Below, piece by piece: positions 1 through 9,683 of a stretch of DNA of 31,702 bases. The notes beneath the pieces are model-generated. The model was not told where the DNA came from. It saw only the letters and a program-made list of their open reading frames with translations, and made no database searches. This DNA is from Alphaproteobacteria bacterium (lineage in GTDB: Bacteria > Pseudomonadota > Alphaproteobacteria > Bin95). A program made the translations under genes and the position numbers. Position 1 is the stretch's first letter. Every line of letters begins with the position of its first letter. Where the stretch lies: positions 1 to 31,702 of the forward strand of contig JAYPXD010000004.1 of NCBI GenBank assembly GCA_038135395.1, read 5' to 3'.

Positions 1-180
1 ATTACGCCACCGATTGGCCTGAACTGCTTCGTTGTGGCTGGCGTGCGTCCGGACATTCCGCTGCTGGACATATTCAAAGGCATCTGGTGGTTCTTCATCT
101 GCGACGTGCTGACGGTTGCGTTGTTTGTTGCCTTCCCGGGTATTGTGCTCTGGCTGCCAAACCAGATGTTCAATGGCTAG
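1..180 (+). CDS. dctM: TRAP transporter large permease (DctM family), C-terminal fragment running in from the window edge
   Basis: Frame 1 reads ITPPIGLNCFVVAGVRPDIPLLDIFKGIWWFFICDVLTVALFVAFPGIVLWLPNQMFNG*. TPPxGxNxFV and the final P-x-I-x-L-W-L-P helix are DctM hallmarks. TAG at 178-180. Confidence 0.85.
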   Translation: MTPPIGLNCFVVAGVRPDIPLLDIFKGIWWFFICDVLTVALFVAFPGIVLWLPNQMFNG

Positions 181-204
181 GGTATCAACTGAGGAGTATC
201 GCTG

Positions 205-609
205 ATGGCGATGAAAAAAGGCATCAAGCAACTGCTTGAAGAAGCCAACAAGCGCATCAAGACCGTGTCGGTCGACGAGGCGATGAAGATGCATGGTCGC
301 GACGACGTCGTTTTCGTCGATATCCGCGACGTGCGGGAATTGGAGCGCGACGGCATGATTGCCGGCGCGACCCATGCGCCGCGCGGCATGCTGGAGTTCT
401 GGGTGGATCCGGACAGCCCGTATTTCCGCTCGAACCTGAACGACGAGAGCAAGCAGTATCTGCTCTATTGCGCCAGCGCCTGGCGCTCGGCGCTGGCCAC
501 CGACCGCCTGACGGAGATGGGGATGGAAAATGTCTCCCATATCGAAGGCGGCCTGACCGGCTGGAAGAAAGCCGGCGGCCCAGTGCAGGAACGGCCGAAG
601 AAGGACTAA
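205..609 (+). CDS. Rhodanese-like domain protein (single-domain sulfurtransferase)
   Basis: 134 aa; VFVDIRDVRE, GMIAGATHAP and active-site loop YCASAWRSA; RBS GAGGAG at 191-196. Confidence 0.88.
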   Translation: MAMKKGIKQLLEEANKRIKTVSVDEAMKMHGRDDVVFVDIRDVRELERDGMIAGATHAPRGMLEFWVDPDSPYFRSNLNDESKQYLLYCASAWRSALATDRLTEMGMENVSHIEGGLTGWKKAGGPVQERPKKD

Positions 610-617
610 TTCTTTAA

Positions 618-653
618 TCCGGCCCGGTGGTCTTCCGCCGGGCCGGACTTTTC
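618..653 (+). terminator. Intrinsic terminator between convergent rhodanese and lrgB
   Basis: Stem TCCGGCCCGGTGG (618-630), loop TCTT, CCGCCGGGCCGGA (635-647), then CTTTTC. Confidence 0.75.
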
Positions 654-1376
654 TCAGCCCCCGAATACCAGCCGCCAGATCAATGGCAGCAGCAACGCCG
701 TCGCCAGCGCATTCAGCCCCATGGCAAGACCGGCAAATGCACCCGCTGTCTCGTTCACCTGCATCGCCCGGGCCGTGCCGATGCCGTGGCTGGCGGTGCC
801 AATGGCAAGGCCGTGCGCCGCCCAGTCCTTAACTCCGACCAACTTCAAGACATGCGGCCCCAGCATCGCGCCGGTGATACCGGTAACGATCACCAGCACG
901 GCGGTCAACGACGGCAGGCCGCCCAATTGCTCGGTAATGCCCATGGCGACCGGCGCGGTCACCGATTTCGGCGCAATCGCGATCAGCGCATCGTTCGAGC
1001 CCTGCAACAACCAACCGATCGCCACTGCAGAGACCGCCGCCGTCGCCGAGCCGCACAGCAGGCTCACCAGAATCGCCAGGGCCGAACGGCGCACTTTCTC
1101 GAACTGCCGATACAGCGGAATCGCCAGCGCTACCGTCGCCGGGCCCAGTAAAAAGTGCACGAACTGCGCGCCGTCGAAATAGGTCGGATAGGGCGTCGCG
1201 GTCAGAACCAGCACCGCCACGATCAATACAACGGCGATCATGACAGGGTTCAGCAGCGGGTTCAGGCCGCCACGTTTGTAAAGCCAGGCTCCGGCCTGGA
1301 ACGCCACCAACGTCAGCGTCAGATGCAGCAGCGGACTGGCACTTAGATAGACCCAGATATCGCGTAGGTCAGCCAT
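654..1376 (-). CDS. lrgB: LrgB/CidB family membrane protein
   Basis: Start trimmed to MADLRDIWVY (ATG 1376, TGATG overlap with the cidA stop). Motifs LLNPVMIA, FLLGPATVALAIPLY, APKSVTAPVAM, GTASHGIGTARA. Confidence 0.92.
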   Translation of the reverse strand: MADLRDIWVYLSASPLLHLTLTLVAFQAGAWLYKRGGLNPLLNPVMIAVVLIVAVLVLTATPYPTYFDGAQFVHFLLGPATVALAIPLYRQFEKVRRSALAILVSLLCGSATAAVSAVAIGWLLQGSNDALIAIAPKSVTAPVAMGITEQLGGLPSLTAVLVIVTGITGAMLGPHVLKLVGVKDWAAHGLAIGTASHGIGTARAMQVNETAGAFAGLAMGLNALATALLLPLIWRLVFGG

Positions 1377-1735
1377 CAGTCGCCCTCCTTCCCCGCCTGC
1401 TTGGCGCGGCTGAGATACTGCATCAGCAGCCCCGTGACGGCGACCGCCAGCAACGTGCTTACCAGCAGAGCGACAGAGATCGGCAGCCAGTCGGCCCCGA
1501 TCAGGTCCGCGTGCAGCATGACGCCAACACCGGCCGGTACGAAGCAAAGCGACAGATTGCCGATCAGCGCATCGCCGACCTTGCCCAAATCGGCCGGAAT
1601 GCCTTTGCGCAGCAGCAGGCCGCAAAACAGCAGGGCCATGCCGACGACCGGCCCCGGCACAGGCAGACCCAGCCCGGTCACCGCCAACTCGCCTGCCAGC
1701 TGGCAGCAAAAGATCAACGTCAGCCAGCCGAGCAC
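1376..1735 (-). CDS. cidA: CidA/LrgA family holin-like membrane protein
   Basis: 119 aa; GELAV..LPVPGPVVGMALLF and LSLCFVPAGVGVM are typical CidA/LrgA motifs; coupled to lrgB. Confidence 0.9.
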   Translation of the reverse strand: MLGWLTLIFCCQLAGELAVTGLGLPVPGPVVGMALLFCGLLLRKGIPADLGKVGDALIGNLSLCFVPAGVGVMLHADLIGADWLPISVALLVSTLLAVAVTGLLMQYLSRAKQAGKEGD

Positions 1736-1747
1736 TGGCCCTGCCCC

Positions 1748-3340
1748 CTAGGCCGCATCTTCCAGGATCATCGCGCTGGCCTTCTCCGCGATCATGATGG
1801 TGGGCGCGTTGGTGTTGCCGGTCGTTACCGTCGGCATGATGCTGGCATCGACGACGCGCAGGCCCTGCAGGCCGTGGACGCGCAGACGCGAATCGACCAC
1901 GGCCATCGGGTCCTCGCCCATCTTGCAGGTGCCGACGCAGTGATAGATCGTGCGCCCGGTTTCGCGGATGAACTTTTCCAGCGACGCCTCGGACTGAATG
2001 TCCGGACCGGGCGAGGTTTCCTCGACCAAGTGTTGGGCAAACGCCGGCTGGGCAAAAATCTCGCGCGCCTGCCGGATCCCCTCTTTCGAGATGCGCATAT
2101 CATCCGGGTCCGACAGGAAATTCGGGCGGATCGCCGGGCGCACGAACGGATCGTTAGAGACCGCCATAATCTCACCGCGGCTGCCGGGCCGGGCGATGGA
2201 AATGGCGATGGTGGCGCCGGGTTTCTTTTCCAGCACGCCGAAAACATTGTTGTCATAGCTGGCGGGCGTGAACAGCAGTTGGATATCCGGCGCCGCCAGG
2301 CCTTCGCGGCTGTAGGTGTAGCATTGCGCCGATGACACGCCGAAGGTCAGCGCACCGTTGCCCTTGACCACCCACTTGACCACCTCCGGCACAACACCGG
2401 GAAACCGCGAGAGTTCGTTGATGCTGCGGGTATTCTTGGCGCGCCGCGACACGCGGACGGTGTAATGGTCCGACAGGTTCCGGCCGACGCCGGGCAGGTC
2501 GTGCACCAGATCGACGCCGATCCCACGCAGATGGTCCGCCGGGCCGACACCGGAGACGTGCAGCAGGTGCGGCGAGTTGATGGTGCCGCCCGATACGATC
2601 ACCTCGCGCGCCGCCCCGATGTGCCGGTCCCGGCCTTTTTGCCGGATCCAAACGCCGGTGCAGCGCTTGCCCTCGAAACTCAGCCTCGTCGCATAGGCCT
2701 CTGTCTCAATCGTCAGGTTCTGGCGCTTTTTCGCCTCCGCCAGGAAGGTTTGCGCGGTGGAACCACGGCGGCGGCCGATGCGGCTCATCTGGCTGTAGCC
2801 GACGCCCTCCGCCGGTTTTTCGCCGGACAGGTCCTTGACCTTCGGATGCCCGGCCTGCTGGGCTGCCTCGACAAACATATGGGTAAGCGGCAGCGTGGTG
2901 CGGTAGTCGTCGATCTGCAGCGGCCCGCCCTTGCCGCGGTATTTGCTGTCGCCCATGGGATAGCTCTCCATGGACTTGAAGTAGGGCAGGCATTCGTCAT
3001 AGCTCCAGCCGCGCGCGCCCATCTGGGCCCAGCCGTCAAAGTCGGAGGGATTGCCGCGTACGAACAGCATGCCGTTGATCGAGGACGAGCCGCCCAGCGT
3101 CTTGCCGCGCGGCCAGTGCAGCGAGCGGTTGCCGGTCGCTTCCTCCGGCTCTGTCTGGTAGTTCCAGTTGATCACCGGATGGGCCAGCAATTTCAGCACG
3201 CCCGCGGGAATATGGATCATCGGGTTGCGGTCCGGCGGCCCGGCCTCCAGCAGCACGACACTGGCGCCGCCCTTGCTCAAGCGATTGGCGAGCACGCAGC
3301 CGGCAGAGCCGGCGCCGACGATGACATAATCGGCTTGCAT
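1748..3340 (-). CDS. GMC family FAD oxidoreductase (choline dehydrogenase-like; substrate unknown)
   Basis: Start trimmed to [14 protein letters not shown] (FAD-binding GxGxxG). Also [35 protein letters not shown] and [13 protein letters not shown]. Confidence 0.92.
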   Translation of the reverse strand: MQADYVIVGAGSAGCVLANRLSKGGASVVLLEAGPPDRNPMIHIPAGVLKLLAHPVINWNYQTEPEEATGNRSLHWPRGKTLGGSSSINGMLFVRGNPSDFDGWAQMGARGWSYDECLPYFKSMESYPMGDSKYRGKGGPLQIDDYRTTLPLTHMFVEAAQQAGHPKVKDLSGEKPAEGVGYSQMSRIGRRRGSTAQTFLAEAKKRQNLTIETEAYATRLSFEGKRCTGVWIRQKGRDRHIGAAREVIVSGGTINSPHLLHVSGVGPADHLRGIGVDLVHDLPGVGRNLSDHYTVRVSRRAKNTRSINELSRFPGVVPEVVKWVVKGNGALTFGVSSAQCYTYSREGLAAPDIQLLFTPASYDNNVFGVLEKKPGATIAISIARPGSRGEIMAVSNDPFVRPAIRPNFLSDPDDMRISKEGIRQAREIFAQPAFAQHLVEETSPGPDIQSEASLEKFIRETGRTIYHCVGTCKMGEDPMAVVDSRLRVHGLQGLRVVDASIMPTVTTGNTNAPTIMIAEKASAMILEDAA

Positions 3341-3528
3341 CTGGACATGTTTCCCTAGCGAAGGCGGTATTGCCTCCAGCCTAAGCCCTGGACGATGCAT
3401 TGCCCACAATTTTCCAAGTGTCCGCTCGCCAGCAAATGTCGGCCGGTGCTAGACTGCCGCAGGCAAAATTCACAAAAATCGCCCGCAAGGCAGCACGCCG
3501 GCGGGACGAGTCACCCGGGAACGCTCCA

Positions 3529-4515
3529 ATGAATGACGACGCGCCAACCAGTTTGACCATCAACCAGTCCGCGCCGCCGTTGGATTTGCAAAGGATCATC
3601 GACGATATCGTCGACCGGATCGCTGACGAGACCGAGCGGGGCCATGTGGCCACCTATATCCCAGAGCTTGCCAAGGCTGACCTGAACAGCTTTGGCATGG
3701 CGGTCGTGCCGACGGCCGGGCCCACCGTTGTCGCCGGCGATGCCGATGTCGCATTCTCGATCCAGAGCGTTTCTAAAGTTTTTACATTGGCGTTGGCGCT
3801 GCAGGAAATTGGCACCCGGGTATGGCGGCGGGTCGGGCGGGAGGCCTCGGGCAACGCATTTAACTCCATCGTTCAGCTGGAACACGAACACGGCCTGCCG
3901 CGCAATCCGTTCATCAACGCCGGGGCCATCGTCGTTGCCGATATCCTGCTGGGCAGCCGCACGCCGGCGGAGGCGATAGCCAACATCCTGGACTTCATGC
4001 GGCGGGCCACGGGCGACGACACCATCGCTATCGACGAGGCCGTTGCCGAATCGGAACGCAGAACCGGCGACCGCAATCGCGCGCTCGCCAATTTCATGAA
4101 GGCGGAAGGCAATATCACCCACGACGTCGAAGACGTGCTGGAGGTGTATTTCAACCAATGCGCCATCGCCATGAGTTGCCGGCAGTTGGCTCTGGCCGGG
4201 CGGTTCCTGGTGCAAGGCAATGCCATGCAGGACGGTGGCGCGCCCATCGTCTCATCCCGCCGCGTCCGGCGGATCACCGCGCTGATGATGACCTGCGGCC
4301 ACTACGATGCGTCCGGCGAATTCGCCTTTCAGGTCGGAATCCCTGGGAAAAGCGGCGTCGGCGGCGGCATTTTGGGGATCGTTCCCGGCCGGGCATCAAT
4401 CGCGGCCTGGAGCCCCGGCCTGAGCGCGAAAGGCAACTCCCTGATGGCCACCCTGGCCTTCCGGGAATTCGCCCGGGCCACCGGCTGGTCGGTGTTCGGC
4501 CCGCTCAGCGATTGA
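3529..4515 (+). CDS. glsA: Glutaminase
   Basis: [11 protein letters not shown], catalytic FSIQSVSK (SxxK), [23 protein letters not shown]. Start set at ATG 3529 and may lie slightly downstream. Confidence 0.93.
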   Translation: MNDDAPTSLTINQSAPPLDLQRIIDDIVDRIADETERGHVATYIPELAKADLNSFGMAVVPTAGPTVVAGDADVAFSIQSVSKVFTLALALQEIGTRVWRRVGREASGNAFNSIVQLEHEHGLPRNPFINAGAIVVADILLGSRTPAEAIANILDFMRRATGDDTIAIDEAVAESERRTGDRNRALANFMKAEGNITHDVEDVLEVYFNQCAIAMSCRQLALAGRFLVQGNAMQDGGAPIVSSRRVRRITALMMTCGHYDASGEFAFQVGIPGKSGVGGGILGIVPGRASIAAWSPGLSAKGNSLMATLAFREFARATGWSVFGPLSD

Positions 4516-5305
4516 GCCTCCGGACACGTGGCGGGCGGTTCACTCTGAATACGCCATAGGATACGGCCGCGGCGACGGTAGCACCCGTTAATACCGCCGG
4601 GATTCCACCAATTTCGGCGGACAATAGCCCGACACAAAAGACGAAGCTCGAATAGGACGCCAGTGCCCATCGCGAACGGTAGATGGTCTCCACTGCAAAC
4701 GCCTCGCCAAAGCGCCGGTGCAGGATCCATAGCGAGGCGCTCATCATCACCGGAAAGGCCAGCGCCATGCCGGAGACGATGGGACCCAGCAGCTTGGAAT
4801 AGACCGCCACCGTGCCGATGATGGCGCCGCCCATCACGGCGCGCGCCACCGTTGCCCGCCAGCCACCGACCGCAGCGCCACGGGCGACCGGCGGCGCGTC
4901 GGGCCGACGCATGAACAGGGCCGCCGCCAGCACGCCCGCCGCCGCCAGCGCTATGGCCAGCGGCCAGGTCATCGGCCAGACCACCAGCACAACCGCCATG
5001 CCCAGCCAGCAGGTAATGCCGATGCTCCACGGCAGAAAAAACCCGCCCAGAGGCGACGCGCGCGCATAGCCGACCATGAAGGCGAAGACTCCGCCGGTCA
5101 GCGCGAACGCCGCCACGCCGGCCTCGGACATGAACGCGTCCGAGCGCTCCCACATCATCAGCGAAAAGCCGGTGCCGGAGTTGAACGGATAGGTCATGGC
5201 GATGCTGGCCAGCAATGGGCCCGCCCGCTGACCGGCGGCAACGACCAGCAACAGCACGCTGGTTGCGATGCCGGCTTTCCAGACAAGCGCGATCAGGTCT
5301 TCCAT
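4505..5305 (-). CDS. Multi-pass membrane protein with two internally similar halves (DUF3147-like)
   Basis: About 266 aa, hydrophobic. The halves contain [12 protein letters not shown] and [12 protein letters not shown]. Start approximate. Confidence 0.6.
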   Translation of the reverse strand: MEDLIALVWKAGIATSVLLLVVAAGQRAGPLLASIAMTYPFNSGTGFSLMMWERSDAFMSEAGVAAFALTGGVFAFMVGYARASPLGGFFLPWSIGITCWLGMAVVLVVWPMTWPLAIALAAAGVLAAALFMRRPDAPPVARGAAVGGWRATVARAVMGGAIIGTVAVYSKLLGPIVSGMALAFPVMMSASLWILHRRFGEAFAVETIYRSRWALASYSSFVFCVGLLSAEIGGIPAVLTGATVAAAVSYGVFRVNRPPRVRRLNR

Positions 5306-5337
5306 GAGTGCTCGATGAGTGCTTGAAGGGTGCTCGA
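5305..5337. repeat. Three tandem 11-bp direct repeats
   Basis: TGAGTGCTCGA (5305-5315), TGAGTGCTTGA (5316-5326), AGGGTGCTCGA (5327-5337). Confidence 0.7.
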
Positions 5338-5448
5338 AAAGGTTTTCCGAAAATTTCCGGCGGCAAACCCGCTTTGGGCTCGCTCTACAGACTGGCTTCA
5401 TCCTATGCTGTTGCCCAGCCTTTGCCCAGAGAAAGCCTGACACCCGCC

Positions 5449-6699
5449 GTGTCCGCTCCCCCATCCGCTCCCCTTGCGTCTGCGCCAGTGCGGCGATCAT
5501 TTCTCGCGCCCTTCCGCGTGCGGAGCTTTCGCTTCCAATGGCCGGCCGATCTGCTGACCTCCTGGGCGCAGGAAATGGAAACGCTGATCCTGAACTGGTA
5601 CATCCTGACCACCACCGGCTCGGTCGTGATGCTGACCCTGTTCGCCTCGCTGCAGTATCTGGGCACGCTTTTGGCGCCGGTGATCGGCAGCGTCGCCGAC
5701 CGCGTCGGACGACGGGCAGTGCTCTGTTGCCTGCGCGCCTGTTATGCCAGCCTCGCGGCCGTGCTGATGGTCACCGGACTTTCCGGCACGCTGACGCCGG
5801 AAGTCGTGTTCGGCGTCGCCATGGTGGTGGGCCTGATCCGGCCGTCCGACCTGGTCATGCGCAACTCGATGATCGGCGATACCATGCCGCCGGAGGTATT
5901 GGGCTCGGCCATGGGGCTCAGCCGCATGACCATGGACACCGCCCGCATCGCCGGCGCAATGGCCGGCGCCGGCCTGTTTGCAACCCTGGGATTGGGCGCG
6001 GCCTATGTGGGCGTGGTTGCGTTCTACGGCCTCAGCCTGCTGTTGACGCTGGGTACCAGCCGGGTCAGGCCGGACCGCGGCGGCCAGCCGTTCAAGATCG
6101 TGCGCGAGGTGAAAGACGGCCTGGCTTTCACCTGGCGGACGCCGCGCATCAAGGCGCTGATGTTCTATGCCTTCCTGGTCAATCTCTGCGCTTTCCCGAT
6201 CAACATGGGCGTGTTGCCGTTCGCGGCGAAAGAGGTGTTCGGGCTGACCGAGACCGGGCTTGGCCAGATGATGGCCATGTTCGGGTTCGGCGCGCTGCTG
6301 GGGTCGCTGGTGATTGCCGTTTCCGGCGGACCGAAGCGGCGGGGCCGCAATATCGTCGGCTATATCGTGATCTGGTACCTGTTGCTGACCTGCTTTGGCT
6401 TCGCCAGCGAAGTCTGGCAGGCCTATGTCCTGTTGTTCCTGATCGGCTTCAGCCAAGGCATCTCGATGCTGACCATGTCCATCGCCCTGCTGGACGCCGC
6501 CGGTCCGGTGATGCGCGGCCGCATCATGGGGGTGCGCATGCTGGCGGTCTACGGCCTGCCCATCGGCCTCGCCTGCGGCGGCTGGCTGGTGCAGAACCTG
6601 GGCTATGTCAACATGGTCCTGTTGTATTGCGGCATCGGCATAGCGGCGACGGTGACGATTGCCGTGAAGTGGCGCGAGGCGCTGTTGCGGGATGGGTGA
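5449..6699 (+). CDS. MFS transporter
   Basis: About 12 hydrophobic segments; MFS motif A GSVADRVGRR and second-half MRGRIMG. GTG 5449 start is inferred. Confidence 0.88.
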   Translation: MSAPPSAPLASAPVRRSFLAPFRVRSFRFQWPADLLTSWAQEMETLILNWYILTTTGSVVMLTLFASLQYLGTLLAPVIGSVADRVGRRAVLCCLRACYASLAAVLMVTGLSGTLTPEVVFGVAMVVGLIRPSDLVMRNSMIGDTMPPEVLGSAMGLSRMTMDTARIAGAMAGAGLFATLGLGAAYVGVVAFYGLSLLLTLGTSRVRPDRGGQPFKIVREVKDGLAFTWRTPRIKALMFYAFLVNLCAFPINMGVLPFAAKEVFGLTETGLGQMMAMFGFGALLGSLVIAVSGGPKRRGRNIVGYIVIWYLLLTCFGFASEVWQAYVLLFLIGFSQGISMLTMSIALLDAAGPVMRGRIMGVRMLAVYGLPIGLACGGWLVQNLGYVNMVLLYCGIGIAATVTIAVKWREALLRDG

Positions 6700-6782
6700 A
6701 CAAGTCTGTCGGTCTAGGCACGCCAGCTAGGCTCGGATAAGCTACCGGCCACTGTACGATGACCGGATTGTGAGCCTCCCCC

Positions 6783-8315
6783 ATGCGCCCCGAAGACATT
6801 CTCCAAGGCAAGAACCGTCCCTTTACCGGCGCGGAGTTTCTGGAAAGTTTAAAGGACGGGCGCGAGGTCTGGCTTTATGGGGAGCGGGTGGATGATGTCA
6901 CCACGCATCCGGCCTTCGCCAACGCCGCCCGCTCGCTCGCCCGGCTCTACGATGCGCTGCACGATCCGGCGACCAAGGACATCCTGACCCGCGAGACCGA
7001 TACCGGCTCCGGCGGCTATACCCATAAGTTCTTCCGCGCAGCCCAATCGCGCGAGGACCTGGAAGGCCAGAAGGACGCGATCAAGAAATGGGCGCAACTG
7101 TCCTATGGCTGGATGGGCCGCAGCCCGGACTACAAGGCCAGTTTTCTTTCTACGCTTGGGCCGAATGCGGAGTTCTATGGGCCGTGGGCGGATAATGCGC
7201 GGGCCTGGTACAAGCGCGCGCAAGAGAACGTGCTGTTCATGAACCATGCCATCGTCAACCCGCCGATCGACCGGCACAAAAAGGCGGACGATGTGAAGGA
7301 CGTCTATGTCACCATCGACAAGGAGAACGACGCCGGCATTTTTGTCTCCGGCGCGAAGGTCGTGGCGACGGGTTCGGCGCTGACGAACTATAACTTCCTC
7401 GGCCAGAACCTGTCGGCGGAGATCACCGACACCGACCTGGCCACCATGTTCATCGCGCCGATGAACACGCCGGGCGTCAAGTTGATTTGCCGGCCGTCCT
7501 ACGAACTGTCGGCAAAGACGATGGGCACGCCCTATGATTACCCGCTGTCGAGCCGGTTCGACGAGAACGACGCGATCATCATTTTCGACAACGCCTTCAT
7601 CCCCTGGGAGAACGTGCTGGTCCACCGCGATCTGGACATGCTGATGAAGTTCTACCCATTCTCGGGCTTCTTCAACGGTTTCACCTTCCAGGCCTGCATC
7701 CGCATGGCGGTCAAGCTGGACTTTCTCTCTGGCTTGATCTGGAAGGCGCTGCGCTGCACCGGCTCCAGCGAGTCACCCGGCGCAAAGGTGCAGATGGGCG
7801 AGGTTGTGGCCTACCGCAACATGATGTGGGGCCTGGCGGAAAGCATGGCGGCAACGCCGCAGCCCTGGAAAAACGGCCACGTGCTGCCGAACGCGCGCAG
7901 CGGCGCTGCCTACCGCGTCATGTCGCCGGAGATCTATCCGAAGGTGCTGAACATCGCGAACAAGATCCTGGCGAGCGGCCTGATCTACCTGCCGTCATCG
8001 TCCAAGGACTTCAGCAACCCGACCGTCGACGCCTACCTGAAGCAATACGTCCGCGGCAGTTTCGGCATCGACTACAAGGAGCGGATCAAGACGCTGAAGC
8101 TGCTCTGGGATGCCGTCGGCACCGAGTTCGGCGGCCGGCACGAACTTTATGAGATCAACTATGCCGGCAACTGGGAAATGACCCGCAGCCAGACCCTGAC
8201 GCAAAGCCAGAACAACGGCGTCATGGACGAATGCATCGCGCTCGCCGATCAATGCATGAGCGAATACGACGAAAACGGCTGGCTGATGGATGGCTTCGGG
8301 AACGGGCCCGCCTAA
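6783..8315 (+). CDS. hpaB: 4-hydroxyphenylacetate 3-hydroxylase family monooxygenase, FADH2-dependent oxygenase component
   Basis: MRPED..RPFTGAEFLESL.DGRE, VTTHPAF, TDTGSGGYTHKFF, GWMGRSPDYKA, NHAIVNPPIDR, RFDENDAIIIFDN, GGRHELYE. Family is certain; substrate is not. Confidence 0.9.
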   Translation: MRPEDILQGKNRPFTGAEFLESLKDGREVWLYGERVDDVTTHPAFANAARSLARLYDALHDPATKDILTRETDTGSGGYTHKFFRAAQSREDLEGQKDAIKKWAQLSYGWMGRSPDYKASFLSTLGPNAEFYGPWADNARAWYKRAQENVLFMNHAIVNPPIDRHKKADDVKDVYVTIDKENDAGIFVSGAKVVATGSALTNYNFLGQNLSAEITDTDLATMFIAPMNTPGVKLICRPSYELSAKTMGTPYDYPLSSRFDENDAIIIFDNAFIPWENVLVHRDLDMLMKFYPFSGFFNGFTFQACIRMAVKLDFLSGLIWKALRCTGSSESPGAKVQMGEVVAYRNMMWGLAESMAATPQPWKNGHVLPNARSGAAYRVMSPEIYPKVLNIANKILASGLIYLPSSSKDFSNPTVDAYLKQYVRGSFGIDYKERIKTLKLLWDAVGTEFGGRHELYEINYAGNWEMTRSQTLTQSQNNGVMDECIALADQCMSEYDENGWLMDGFGNGPA

Positions 8316-8350
8316 CCGCCCTTGGGCGTGGCCGGGCAACGACCGCCCGC

Positions 8351-8378
8351 GATTTCCCCCGGCGGATTTCCCCTGGCG
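8351..8378. repeat. 14-bp tandem duplication in intergenic DNA
   Basis: GATTTCCCCCGGCG (8351-8364) followed by GATTTCCCCTGGCG (8365-8378). Confidence 0.6.
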
Positions 8379-8436
8379 CTGACGTCCAGGCAGCCTATAT
8401 CCGGAAGCGTAAGACGCGACACGCCGAGGTGACACC

Positions 8437-8721
8437 ATGAAGACACTCATCGCCGCCTTTTGCCTGGGGCTCGCGCTCGCCGCTCCGGCCTTGGCGCAAG
8501 ACCGCATTGATGTCGGCAAGTCCACCGGCGAACAGGTTGACGAAGCGCTGGAAAATGTATTGGGCGCGTTGCGGCTGGTGATGCGGGCCATTCCGCAATA
8601 CGAGCTGCCGGAGGTGCTGCCGAACGGCGACATCATAATCCGCCGCATCCCGCCCGAGCCCGACCCCAAGCGCGCGCCACAGGATCCGAAACCTGGGAAA
8701 CAACCCGGAACCGATACTTAG
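8437..8721 (+). CDS. Small exported hypothetical protein
   Basis: 94 aa; signal peptide MKTLIAAFCLGLALAAPALA; RBS GAGGT upstream; core IPQYELPEVLPNGDIIIRR; Pro-rich tail. Confidence 0.7.
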   Translation: MKTLIAAFCLGLALAAPALAQDRIDVGKSTGEQVDEALENVLGALRLVMRAIPQYELPEVLPNGDIIIRRIPPEPDPKRAPQDPKPGKQPGTDT

Positions 8722-8733
8722 CGCCTAGCCCCT

Positions 8734-8762
8734 CTTGCATCTTCCGCCACAAACACCAATAT
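8734..8762 (+). promoter_or_regulatory. Candidate promoter for yccA (RpoH-like or sigma70)
   Basis: CTTGCA-N16-CCAATAT, close to the alphaproteobacterial RpoH consensus CTTGAA-N15/16-CCTATAT. Confidence 0.4.
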
Positions 8763-8831
8763 GGTGCTCAAACGGTTTCGCCGTTGATCAGGGATGCAAT
8801 CACCAAATGAACCGAAGGGGACATAGATTCC

Positions 8832-9590
8832 ATGGCTTTCGATAATCTTCGCACCCAAGCGCATGTTGGCGCTGGCGCTTATGCCGCCGACATCGACGAG
8901 GGCCTGCGCAAGCATATGCTGCGCGTTTACAACTACATGGGCTCCGGCCTGCTGGTCACGGGACTGGTGGCGTGGGCCATGTTCTCCATGTCCTTCGTTG
9001 TCCAGGACGGCAACGTCGTCGGCGTCACGTCTCTCGGCGCAGCGATCTATGGTTCGCCGCTGAAGTGGGTGATTATGCTGGCGCCGCTGGGCTTTATCAT
9101 GGCGCTCAGCATGGGCGTGAATAAGTTCAGCTTCGGCACGCTGCAACTGTTGTTCTGGGCGTTTGCCGCGATCATGGGCGTTTCCATGGCGACCATCTTT
9201 GCAACGTTCACCGCCGGCAGCATCGCGCGCGTGTTCTTCATTACCGCCAGCCTGTTCGCTGCCATGTCGCTGTGGGGCTACACCACCAAGCGTGACCTGA
9301 CCGGCATGGGCCACTTCCTGTTCATGGGCCTGATCGGCATCATCATCGCGAGCGTGGTCAACATCTTCGTCGGCTCGACCGCGGTGCAGTTCGCCGTGTC
9401 GGTGCTGGGCGTGCTGATCTTCACCGGCCTGACCGCCTATGACACCCAGCGCATCAAAAACGATTTCCTGGAGTATCGGGCACATGGCGCCGCCGTTGGC
9501 AAGCTGGCGATCATGGGCGCGGTGACGCTGTACTTGGACTTCGTCAACATGTTCATGATGCTGCTGTCGCTGTTCGGCAATCGCGAATAG
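8832..9590 (+). CDS. yccA: Bax inhibitor-1/YccA family membrane protein
   Basis: DEGLRKHMLRVYNYM, YGYTTKRDL-like WGYTTKRDL, FTGLTAYDTQRIK, ALTLYLDF-like AVTLYLDFVNMF; about 7 TM segments. Confidence 0.92.
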   Translation: MAFDNLRTQAHVGAGAYAADIDEGLRKHMLRVYNYMGSGLLVTGLVAWAMFSMSFVVQDGNVVGVTSLGAAIYGSPLKWVIMLAPLGFIMALSMGVNKFSFGTLQLLFWAFAAIMGVSMATIFATFTAGSIARVFFITASLFAAMSLWGYTTKRDLTGMGHFLFMGLIGIIIASVVNIFVGSTAVQFAVSVLGVLIFTGLTAYDTQRIKNDFLEYRAHGAAVGKLAIMGAVTLYLDFVNMFMMLLSLFGNRE

Positions 9591-9626
9591 CGCGCTGCTG
9601 ACCGCTGAGGTCTGACGATTAAAATT

Positions 9627-9664
9627 TCGCCGCCGCAATCAGCCCGATTGCGGCGGCGATTTTG
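9627..9664. terminator. Intrinsic, probably bidirectional terminator between yccA and the FAH gene
   Basis: Perfect 14-bp stem TCGCCGCCGCAATC / GATTGCGGCGGCGA with loop AGCCC; TTTT after and AAAA before. Confidence 0.85.
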
Positions 9665-9683
9665 CTTGCGGACTGGCGCAGGC

